Shown here: in pieces, positions 8,860-16,375 of the stretch
Position numbering within the stretch: position 1 is the first letter of the stretch
Layout of the letters: each line of letters begins with the position of its first letter
Origin: Acaryochloris sp. CRU_2_0
GTDB lineage: Bacteria; Cyanobacteriota; Cyanobacteriia; Thermosynechococcales; Thermosynechococcaceae
Direction: 5' to 3'
Length of the DNA: 24,000 bases
Assembly (NCBI GenBank): GCA_012034865.1
Contig: JAAUOM010000052.1
Location: forward strand, 5,508-29,507
Made by a program: the position numbers and the translations under genes
Notes under the pieces: model-generated
What the model was told of the DNA's origin: nothing
Seen by the model: the letters and a program-made list of their open reading frames with translations, nothing else
The model's database searches: none

Positions 8860-8946
8860 AGAAGATCGCGATCGCAATCTCAGGATGTTAGGGTAAAAAC
8901 GATTTAGTTGTGGGGTGAAGATTAAGATGGTCGATCGCGATCTTCT
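8860..8946. repeat. 15-bp perfect inverted repeat flanking the start of the Rpn-like gene
   Basis: AGAAGATCGCGATCG (8860-8874) is the exact reverse complement of CGATCGCGATCTTCT (8932-8946). The spacer is 57 nt and contains candidate starts GTG 8915 and ATG 8927. Confidence 0.8.
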
Positions 8947-9868
8947 GTTTAGGGACTTAATCAAAACGTTCTTTTTGGAGTTTGTTGACCTCTTTTTTCC
9001 AAAAATTGCGGTCGCTATCGATCCCAAATCCATCCGTTTTATAGAAGATCAAAAATCCCAACCCTTACAAGAGCAACGAGAACACTCTTCTGCTCTCCAA
9101 ACTCTTCCTACCTCTAGTGAAATCTTAGTTCAGGTTCGGTTACGCGGCCAAGAAGCCTGCTTTTGGGTTCATCTAGAGTATGGAGCCAACAAAGAGATTA
9201 AACTAGAGCGTCGCGTCTTTCATACCTTTGCCCATTTGGATGCCAAGTACAATCTGCCCATCTATCCGATCATTCTGCAAGCTTCGGCCTCTGCGCAACC
9301 CTTAGAGACCAACGGCTACCGGGTAGAATTTGTGGATCGCAAGGTCCTAGACTTTAGCTTTGTGGCCATTCAACTGGATCGACTCAATTGGCGTGATTTT
9401 CTGCAACGGCGTAACCCTGTGGCTGCGGCTTTAATGCCGGCGATGAATGTACAGCCCTTCGATCGGCCTGTGGTGAAAGCAGAGTGCCTCCGATTGCTGA
9501 CCAATTTGCGGCTGGATTCCAAGCATGTCAAAGTCATTACTCAATTTATAGAAGTATTCCTCACCCTCAACAGCACGGAAGAACAAATATTACAGACTGA
9601 AATGGAACGGATGGGGTTATTGGAGCGAGAGCGGATTACCAACTTACTCATTCGCTCCAAACAAGAAAATCTCCAGCAAGGGGCAGAACGGGAAGCCTTA
9701 ACCCTAGTCTTGCGACTGTTACATCGGCGCATTGGTGACCTCAGCCCAGATTTAGAGGTGCAAGTACGTCGCTTAGCCGTCAACCAGATCGAAGATTTAG
9801 GAGAAGCTCTCCTCGACTTTAATACGGGAGAGGATTTGCGAAACTGGCTTCAGCAGAAAATCTCTTAA
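8915..9868 (+). CDS. Rpn/YhgA-like PD-(D/E)XK putative nuclease/transposase-family protein with a DUF4351-type C-terminal domain
   Basis: 317 aa. The N-terminus (DLLFRDLIKTFFLEFVDLFFP) and core (..VHLEY.. / YNLPIYPIIL) match the cyanobacterial Rpn-like paralogue pattern. The C-terminus (REALTLVLRLLHRRIGDLSPDLEVQVRRLAVNQIEDLGEALLDF) matches my memory of DUF4351. The start could be GTG 8915 or ATG 8927. Confidence 0.75.
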   Translation: MKIKMVDRDLLFRDLIKTFFLEFVDLFFPKIAVAIDPKSIRFIEDQKSQPLQEQREHSSALQTLPTSSEILVQVRLRGQEACFWVHLEYGANKEIKLERRVFHTFAHLDAKYNLPIYPIILQASASAQPLETNGYRVEFVDRKVLDFSFVAIQLDRLNWRDFLQRRNPVAAALMPAMNVQPFDRPVVKAECLRLLTNLRLDSKHVKVITQFIEVFLTLNSTEEQILQTEMERMGLLERERITNLLIRSKQENLQQGAEREALTLVLRLLHRRIGDLSPDLEVQVRRLAVNQIEDLGEALLDFNTGEDLRNWLQQKIS

Positions 9869-10683
9869 CGTTGGCCCATAATTTTATGAGTTTGGGGCAC
9901 TACCCTGACCTGCTGACAGATCTGTTTCAACTGAGCTTGCCAGGTCAAAACTTTTTCGGGGCTGGGAGGTTGGACAGGGTGCCGGGGGTTTAAAGGGGTA
10001 ACAGGTTGTAAAAACAGAGCCAGGGTAGGGTTAATGGCAGCTACGAGTTGTGCGGCCATTTTTAAGTCTTGCCAGTCCGTTTGTTCAGAAATAATCAGCT
10101 TACAAAAAACTTCCACCTGAGCCTGATGACAAAGTTCTAAACTATGGCGATGCTCATCCCAGTGGATTTCGCCGCTGACGCTAGGCAGTTTCAGATCCAT
10201 ACCAACACTATCTAAGTAGGGAAGAACCTTTATCAACCCTTGCGGGTGATGTCCTCCGGTTTCTAAGTAAAAGGGTAAGAGCGTCTGTTTGCGGATCCTA
10301 GGCAAGAGCTGTTCTAAAAAAGTGGCGTGGAGGAGCGGCTCTCCTCCTGTTAGGCTAATGCTGTCATGGAGACCCACCTGGTCTTGGCGATTCAGCCAGT
10401 CCAAGATTTGAGGGATGGTGACGGGATTTGGCTGGGGGCTAAAGTCTCGTAAGCCAGGAGATTGCTCAATGTGGCAGATCTGGTTGGCAAACCAAGTATG
10501 AGCACTATCGCAAAATTGACAGCGGAGATCGCAACCGCCAAAGCGAATAAAAATCTGGCGAGTGCCAACATTGAGTCCTTCCCCTTGAATAGCAGAAAAC
10601 ATCTCCACTAAATTGGCTCTGGGCAGAACTGTCTCCCCGTTTGCAGAGTCAGGGGTCGTTGGATGATGATTGAGAATGGGCAT
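9865..10683 (-). CDS. queE: 7-carboxy-7-deazaguanine synthase QueE (radical SAM)
   Basis: 272 aa. It has SAIQGEG..GTRQIFIRFGGCDLRCQFCDS (a CX3CX2C cluster) and then LTGGEPLL. It lies downstream of queC on the same strand. Confidence 0.85.
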   Translation of the reverse strand: MPILNHHPTTPDSANGETVLPRANLVEMFSAIQGEGLNVGTRQIFIRFGGCDLRCQFCDSAHTWFANQICHIEQSPGLRDFSPQPNPVTIPQILDWLNRQDQVGLHDSISLTGGEPLLHATFLEQLLPRIRKQTLLPFYLETGGHHPQGLIKVLPYLDSVGMDLKLPSVSGEIHWDEHRHSLELCHQAQVEVFCKLIISEQTDWQDLKMAAQLVAAINPTLALFLQPVTPLNPRHPVQPPSPEKVLTWQAQLKQICQQVRVVPQTHKIMGQR

Positions 10684-10725
10684 TCGTTTGCAGAGGGGGA
10701 AGGTGAGGAGGGTAAGGGAGGGGGG

Positions 10726-11418
10726 TTAGGTGGAGTTTCGATAGGGAATGGGGTCTGTTAGGCTCAGTTGGGTAAAGGCTGCTAATCTTAATTTACAGGC
10801 ATCACACTGGCCGCAAGCCTGAGGCGGCGAGCCACTGCCATCACTGTAACAAGACCAAGTTTGCGCCCAGGGCACACCTAAGCGATCGCCTAGGTCAATA
10901 ATTTCAGATTTGTGTAAATCAATCAGGGGAGTGTGGATCTCAATGGGGTGGCCTAAGCGACCCTGTTTGGTGCCTAAGCGAAAGACTTCTTGCATGGCGT
11001 GGACGTAATCGGGTCGGCAATCTGGATAGCCGGAGTAATCTAAGCGGTTGACGCCAATGTAAACTCGATGGGCTGCGATCGCTTCCGCATAGGCGAGGGC
11101 AAAACTCAGAAAAATCGTATTCCGAGCCGGGACATAGGTGATGGGAATGTGATTGGCCATTTCTGCTATCGAACGAATGGGCAGATCGATCCTCAGATCG
11201 GTTAGGGCAGATCCGCCCCAGAGGCTAAGATCAAATGCCACGATCTGGTGGTGGCTGACCTGGGCAGCGGTGGCGATCGCCACCGCTGCTGATAATTCCT
11301 GGCGATGACGCTGCTGATAATCAAAGGAAAGGGCATAACAGTTCATGCCCTCTGCCTGGGCTTGATACAAGAGCGTCGATGAATCTAAGCCGCCTGATAA
11401 TAAAACCACAGCTTTCAT
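10726..11418 (-). CDS. queC: 7-cyano-7-deazaguanine synthase QueC
   Basis: 230 aa. It has the PP-loop MKAVVLLSGGLDSST, the motif YVPARN, and the C-terminal zinc cysteines CGQCDACKLR. Confidence 0.95.
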   Translation of the reverse strand: MKAVVLLSGGLDSSTLLYQAQAEGMNCYALSFDYQQRHRQELSAAVAIATAAQVSHHQIVAFDLSLWGGSALTDLRIDLPIRSIAEMANHIPITYVPARNTIFLSFALAYAEAIAAHRVYIGVNRLDYSGYPDCRPDYVHAMQEVFRLGTKQGRLGHPIEIHTPLIDLHKSEIIDLGDRLGVPWAQTWSCYSDGSGSPPQACGQCDACKLRLAAFTQLSLTDPIPYRNST

Positions 11419-11767
11419 ATGATGGTTCCTGCAATCCGCCTCTGGGATAGTTCTGCTCAGGGGTGGTTCTCTTAAAGGGAGACAACCCAGATTCCTCAGC
11501 TACAACAGAGCTTTATTCTACCGATTTCAGCTTCCAGAATCTTAGGGATTGGCCTAGGGGTGAAAAAAGTCTGGCATCTCGTTGGAGTAGACATCAAAAC
11601 AAAAATCACTCAAACTCTCTCTAAGACAAAGTGTACGGCTTTTCTACCCAAGTTATCGATCGTTGCTTGATCGTTAAATGCATAAATATGGGTACTATGG
11701 CAATAAGAATTAAAATATGTTAAGTTAATTTTAGTTAACAACTCTTATCTCATAGGCAGCACAACCC

Positions 11768-11920
11768 ATGTCTTCCGATTTCAACAAAGGCATCATGAAA
11801 TTTGACAACGCTGATGGTCCGCTCACCGTAGCTTTGTCCGCTATCGTTATTTTTGGCAGTATTGGACTTTTGATCGGTTGGGGATTAGAAACTGCTTACT
11901 TGGTCGGTCAACTCAGCTAA
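11768..11920 (+). CDS. Small hypothetical single-pass membrane protein (50 aa), absent from the ORF track
   Basis: Hand translation gives MSSDFNKGIMKFDNADGPLTVALSAIVIFGSIGLLIGWGLETAYLVGQLS*. It has one clear hydrophobic helix. It fills an otherwise empty 498-bp gap, and its stop overlaps the comF stop by 4 nt. No Shine-Dalgarno sequence is obvious. Confidence 0.4.
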   Translation: MSSDFNKGIMKFDNADGPLTVALSAIVIFGSIGLLIGWGLETAYLVGQLS

Positions 11921-12591
11921 AAGTCATCAGCTCTAGCGACAACGGCGATCGCAATCACATCCAAACCTGCCTCCTGAAATGTTTGCAATGCTGACGTTGC
12001 AGTTGCGCCCGTTGTATAGATATCATCTACAAGCAAGATGGATTGCTTACGGCTCTGTTTAGCAAAATCAGGTGCCAATTTGAATGCTTGTTCAAGGTTA
12101 CAGAAGCGCTCTGGGCGGGAGAGATTAAATTGGGCTGACGTTGCCCGCACTCTCACCAACCCCTGTTTAGCTAAGGGCAAGCCCGTAACATGGCTAAAGC
12201 TTTGAGCAATTAAAAGTGACTGATTGTATCCCCGTTGTTTCCATCTATCCACATGCAGCGGAATAGGAACAAGAATGGTTCCCCTGGTGCTTGGGTGAGT
12301 GTTTAACCAGGCTAAACCCAGCCATTGCCCTAAAGACTGGGCAATCTTGGTTTTTTGGTTGTATTTGAGCTGAGCTAAGGCTTGCTTGAGCAAACCCTCA
12401 TACCTTCCCCAGGCTAGCAAAGGTGGGTCAAGACTTGTATCCATATCCCAGTGGGGATACTGGTACTTTTTCAAATGACGAGAGCAGTCTTGGCAGAAAA
12501 TATCTGGGGTTGTCCGTTCACACAGAGAACATGAGCCATGCAGGCTGAGCTGCTCCAATTGAGAGAATACGGTTTGTCCCCAGCGCAACAT
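11917..12591 (-). CDS. comF: ComF-family protein (phosphoribosyltransferase domain with N-terminal zinc finger)
   Basis: 224 aa. It has the Cys4 motif CSLCERTTPDIFCQDC and the PRTase signature ILLVDDIYTTGATA. Confidence 0.85.
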   Translation of the reverse strand: MLRWGQTVFSQLEQLSLHGSCSLCERTTPDIFCQDCSRHLKKYQYPHWDMDTSLDPPLLAWGRYEGLLKQALAQLKYNQKTKIAQSLGQWLGLAWLNTHPSTRGTILVPIPLHVDRWKQRGYNQSLLIAQSFSHVTGLPLAKQGLVRVRATSAQFNLSRPERFCNLEQAFKLAPDFAKQSRKQSILLVDDIYTTGATATSALQTFQEAGLDVIAIAVVARADDF

Positions 12592-12750
12592 TTTGCTATC
12601 TCAGACCCTTACGTCATTGAGGCCAAGATACCTCAACCCCTACGCAGACTCCCGACCCTTAGTTTATATTACGATGGGGAACTACATCAGTCGAGATATT
12701 GCTTTACGGGCTTCGTTACACCTTCTTGAGCAGTAAACATTTGCCTTAGG

Positions 12751-15159
12751 ATGAAATCAACCTCTAAAGACTCGCTTGTGGAAAGTCTATATTGGTTTGA
12801 TGCACTTCCATCTATTGATCCCTCAGTTGTTGGCCAAGCAGCCATGAGGTTAGGTCAACTTGCTCAGGTAGACTGTCCAGTTTTGTCAGGGGCAGTCCTG
12901 AGTGCCCATGCCCTCCAGCAGTTTTGTCACTCCATTCCCTGGGCTTCTCCTTTTCTCAGTGATTTTCCCCATCTGACGCTGCGCTTACAACGCGAACACC
13001 CCTTACACTTGCAAGCAGTGGCAGACGAAATTTGTCAGGGCTTGGAGACAACGCCACTACCTGCCCATTGGCTGCAAAGATGTGTGGCAGAACTGCATTG
13101 TTTCTCCAGTGCTGGGATTCGCCTGAGTCCATCCTTATGGTTACCTCCCCCCTGGGCCGAGCATACTTCCTCCCTGGTTCGGTTATTGTCTGTTCAATAT
13201 TGTCGGCTGACACCCCAGTCCGTGGGAACCGCTATCAAAGAAGTTTGGAAAAGCTTATTTCAAGCCCAAATGCTTTTTCTGTTACAGGAATTGGCCATTC
13301 CCATTGATCAATTGCGCTTAGGCATCATCTGCCAGCCTGTGCCCACTACACCAGCTTCAGGTTTTCTGGCCGTTACCCAGACCCATGTTTATCTACAGGC
13401 AACCTATGGTTTAAGTGTCGGGATAATGACTGGAGAGGTACTGCCAGACTGCTACATTTACAACCGTCAGGCACAATGTTGGCAAACAGAACCAGGCCAG
13501 ATTACCTATGCCTATCAAGCCCTAAGCGAGCAGCAAGCACTTGCCCCATCTACAACAGCGGGTTTAGTGGGTAGCCCCCTAGAAACGACGCCGCACAACC
13601 CGTTTGTCCTCAATTCCGATCACTTAGGACAATTGCTCGATCTAGCCAACCATATTCCTGTCCCATCAACTTCATCTGTTCCAGTTGTAGAGTGGATGTT
13701 TACGGCTGATTCTGAGGGAGAACCGCACCCTCGGCACCCTCGGCTACAGATTATTCAGGTCTGGCCAGAATTGCCCTTGCCTCTACCCAATTTTAGGAAA
13801 CAGGCAAATTTCTATGATTTAGAGAAAGATCAAGCCCCGTCATTATTGGCTCAAGGCTTAGGTGCTGCTATTGGAGAAATTACTGCACCTGTCTTAGTTA
13901 TTGCAGATCGTTCTTCGCTACTGTTGCAGCAGGCTGCTGGTCAGATCGTTGTCATCGAGAGCGTTATTCCTGCAGATGTAAGCTGGTTGCAACAAGCAGC
14001 GGGTTTAATCTGTGCCTCTGGTAGCTATACCTCTCATGGTGCCATTATGGCTCGTGAGCTAGGAGTACCTGCGGTGGTTGGTGTGGCATCCGCCCTTGCG
14101 ATCTTTCAGTCTGGACAGAAGGTATTCTTAGAGGGCACTCAAGGTCAGGTTTATGCTGCTGGGTCAATGGCCAAAGCAGCGGAGGCCAACCATCGGGTCA
14201 CCCAGCATCCTCCTGTGGATGCAGAATTGCTCAGAACCCAGTTGTGGGTCAATCTCAGCCAACTGCAATTATTGACGCGAGCCTTACAGTTGCCTGTACA
14301 GGGGGTGGGATTATTGCGAGCGGAATGGTTCATTCTCGATATCTGTGAGGGACAGTTACCTCAAGATTGGTTACACCAAAGAAGTGCTGCTAAATTTGCG
14401 GCTCATCTGAGTCAGCATTTATACACTTTTGTCCAAGCTTGGCAGCCGCGCCCTGTGTTTTATCGGTCATTGGATCTAAAAAATGATGCCCTTGCCAACA
14501 CCCAACCACCGAACCTTAGTCCGACGGGTCATCCTCTGTTGGGCTTACGAGGGGTCTCTCATTATGTTTATGATCCCACCCTATTTGATTTAGAATTGCA
14601 GGCGTTAGCTCATCTTCATCGGCAAGGCTGTCAAAATATCCGTTTGATTTTGCCTTTTATCCGCTCTGTTGAGGAGTTTCGGTTTTGCCGCGATCGCATC
14701 CAAGCTGCTGGTCTGCTGAATGATTCTTTTCAAGTCTGGATCATGGCAGAAGTTCCCTCGGTATTGTTTCAACTCCCGGAGTATGTGGCAGCAGGGGTAC
14801 AGGGGATTGCCATTGGCACCAATGATTTAACGCAATTGATTTTAGGGGTGGATCGAGACCATGCCTATCTGGCTCAGCACTATGGCGAAAATCATCCGGC
14901 TGTCCTAGCCGCCATTGCCCAACTGGTGCAAACGGCCAAGGAGCTAGACATTCCCTGCTCAATCTGTGGTCAAGCCCCCGTGCGGCATCCTGAATTGATT
15001 GAGCAGTTTGTTGAGTGGGGGGTTACAGCTATTTCTGTGGATATGGCGGCAGTGGCAGCAACACAAGGGGCGATCGCAAAAGCAGAACAACAACAGCAGT
15101 CCAAGCAGCCAGTTCCTGTCACTCCCCTGGTTACCCAAAGGGTTGATGGGCTGAGATAA
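12751..15159 (+). CDS. PEP-utilising enzyme family protein (PpsA/PPDK-like putative PEP-binding protein)
   Basis: 802 aa. The phosphohistidine swivel motif is GSYTSHGAIMARELGVPAVVG. C-terminal PEP-binding barrel motifs are GLLRAEW, RSLDLK, IMAEVPS, IGTNDLTQL and CSICGQ. The N-terminal ~380 aa is only faintly PpsA-like. Confidence 0.8.
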   Translation: MKSTSKDSLVESLYWFDALPSIDPSVVGQAAMRLGQLAQVDCPVLSGAVLSAHALQQFCHSIPWASPFLSDFPHLTLRLQREHPLHLQAVADEICQGLETTPLPAHWLQRCVAELHCFSSAGIRLSPSLWLPPPWAEHTSSLVRLLSVQYCRLTPQSVGTAIKEVWKSLFQAQMLFLLQELAIPIDQLRLGIICQPVPTTPASGFLAVTQTHVYLQATYGLSVGIMTGEVLPDCYIYNRQAQCWQTEPGQITYAYQALSEQQALAPSTTAGLVGSPLETTPHNPFVLNSDHLGQLLDLANHIPVPSTSSVPVVEWMFTADSEGEPHPRHPRLQIIQVWPELPLPLPNFRKQANFYDLEKDQAPSLLAQGLGAAIGEITAPVLVIADRSSLLLQQAAGQIVVIESVIPADVSWLQQAAGLICASGSYTSHGAIMARELGVPAVVGVASALAIFQSGQKVFLEGTQGQVYAAGSMAKAAEANHRVTQHPPVDAELLRTQLWVNLSQLQLLTRALQLPVQGVGLLRAEWFILDICEGQLPQDWLHQRSAAKFAAHLSQHLYTFVQAWQPRPVFYRSLDLKNDALANTQPPNLSPTGHPLLGLRGVSHYVYDPTLFDLELQALAHLHRQGCQNIRLILPFIRSVEEFRFCRDRIQAAGLLNDSFQVWIMAEVPSVLFQLPEYVAAGVQGIAIGTNDLTQLILGVDRDHAYLAQHYGENHPAVLAAIAQLVQTAKELDIPCSICGQAPVRHPELIEQFVEWGVTAISVDMAAVAATQGAIAKAEQQQQSKQPVPVTPLVTQRVDGLR

Positions 15160-15225
15160 TATCTATAGGTAAAGGGGCTATCCCCGACCGTCTTCAACTT
15201 TCTCCTTCATCTTTTTGAGTCCGCC

Positions 15226-15552
15226 ATGCACACTTACCATTACGCCCTTGCCAGTCAGCACTATCTTTTTGAAGAAGAACCTTTTGAGGAAGTCCTCAGA
15301 GAACGTCATCGCTACTATCAAGAGAATAACAAAGAGATTGACTTTTGGGTCGTTAAGCAGCCTGCCTTCCTAGAGCAGCCCGAAATGCAAGCAATTAAAG
15401 CCAAATGCCCCCAACCCTGTGTTGCGATTGTGTCTACCAATCCCACCTTTGTACAATGGCTAAAACTACGCTTGGAGTATGTCTATCTGGGTGAGTTTCA
15501 AGCGCCCTCAGCCACCATTCCCGATCCCCTGGCATCTTTAGCTTCGGTTTAA
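15226..15552 (+). CDS. ycf54: Ycf54 (Mg-protoporphyrin IX monomethyl ester cyclase complex factor, DUF2488)
   Basis: 108 aa. It closely matches the remembered Ycf54 pattern: Y.Y.LASQ..L.EEEP.EEVL.ER...Y.E.NKEIDFW.VKQPAFLE.PE....KAKCPQP..A..STN..F..WLKLRLE.V..GEF...S..IPDPLASL. Confidence 0.9.
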   Translation: MHTYHYALASQHYLFEEEPFEEVLRERHRYYQENNKEIDFWVVKQPAFLEQPEMQAIKAKCPQPCVAIVSTNPTFVQWLKLRLEYVYLGEFQAPSATIPDPLASLASV

Positions 15553-15663
15553 CTGTTTTTGATCGCCATCTTTCCAATGAAGTCGATGTCCTGCTTGCTC
15601 AGTAGGATGTTGTGGGGCGGACAGTGGATTGAAATTAAATTTTAGTAAAATAGACAACATTTT

Positions 15664-15702
15664 ATCGCTAGCTTGATTTTTCATCGCTAGCTTAATTTTC
15701 AT
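15664..15702. repeat. Tandem direct repeat of 19 and 18 bp, about 2.1 copies
   Basis: ATCGCTAGCTTGATTTTTC (15664-15682) is followed by ATCGCTAGCTTAATTTTC (15683-15700) and then AT. Each unit carries the palindrome GCTAGC. Confidence 0.85.
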
Positions 15703-15724
15703 AATTGCTCTGAGTGAGTTGGGG

Positions 15725-15748
15725 ATAGTTTAGGGCATCCTAAACTAT
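15725..15748. repeat. Perfect 10-bp stem with a 4-nt loop (hairpin)
   Basis: ATAGTTTAGG (15725-15734), loop GCAT, then CCTAAACTAT (15739-15748). No T-run follows on either strand. Confidence 0.8.
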
Positions 15749-15999
15749 AGTGTTGTCGGAACCTCTGCATCGGTACGATTGCCCCATTACAATGGCTCGA
15801 AGGTACTGGCAACCGCAGACTGATTCATTAAAAAGGTCAGTATTTCTGACCCCTATGCACTAAGAGAACTTAACATGTTTAATGCTCCCATGCTAACCCT
15901 AGAAAATTAGCTGATTCTCAACCGTTACCCCTACTCAATCAGCGAACCTGGGGAGCTTTTAGCATCCTAGATGAAGGAGCCAGATACAAAATTAAACGA

Positions 16000-16254
16000 G
16001 TGGAAGTCAAACCTGGGCACTCTCTGGGGTTGCATTTACACTATCACCGCAGCGAACATTGGATTGTGGTGGCGGGTATTGCTAAGGTCACCTGTGGTGA
16101 TCAAGAAATCCTCTTAAGTGCGAATCAATCCAGCTATATTCCTCGCTATACGATGCATTGCCTTGAAAATCCAGGCATTGTGCCTCTCATCCTAATTGAG
16201 GTGCAAAATGGAGAATATTTGCAAGAAGACGATATTGTTCATTACCAAAAATGA
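16000..16254 (+). CDS. Stand-alone cupin of the type II phosphomannose isomerase C-terminal type; its N-terminus appears disrupted
   Basis: The 84-aa ORF contains GLHLHYHRSEHWIVVAG, ENPG and LIEVQNGEYLQEDDI. Cupin homology continues in frame upstream (QRTWGAFSILDEGARYKIKR, 15940-15999) where no ATG, GTG or TTG exists. ATG 15875 is in another frame. Confidence 0.7.
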   Translation: MEVKPGHSLGLHLHYHRSEHWIVVAGIAKVTCGDQEILLSANQSSYIPRYTMHCLENPGIVPLILIEVQNGEYLQEDDIVHYQK

Positions 16255-16375
16255 CCCTCCATTTACAGCTTCAGCAGCAAAAGCGTACTTGTGGGCAGCG
16301 TTTGGGGGTCTAGTTGCATTTGTATTAAAGTTCATTAGCATTCCGAGGCAGCCCGTTCCAACTATCGATTCCTCT

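Noticed and set aside
11419-11560. Possible preQ1 riboswitch upstream of queC.
   Set aside because: I read the minus-strand leader and found no preQ1-type hairpin with an A-rich tail and no conserved core. The GGGTGGTTCTC/GGGAGACAACCC segments do not pair.
12956-15197. Short ORFs inside or antisense to the PEP-utilising enzyme gene (12956..13213, 13032..13307, 14151..14333, 14741..14962, 14970..15197).
   Set aside because: They are embedded in an 802-aa ORF with clear family motifs, and their translations are Cys/Arg/Trp-rich noise.
15835-15851. GGTCAG-tattt-CTGACC hairpin that reads as a terminator (stem followed by TTTTT) on the minus strand.
   Set aside because: The stem is only 6 bp. 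No minus-strand gene ends nearby; cpcS ends about 525 bp away with the cupin gene in between. I found no convincing minus-strand promoter for an sRNA, so it is too weak to call.
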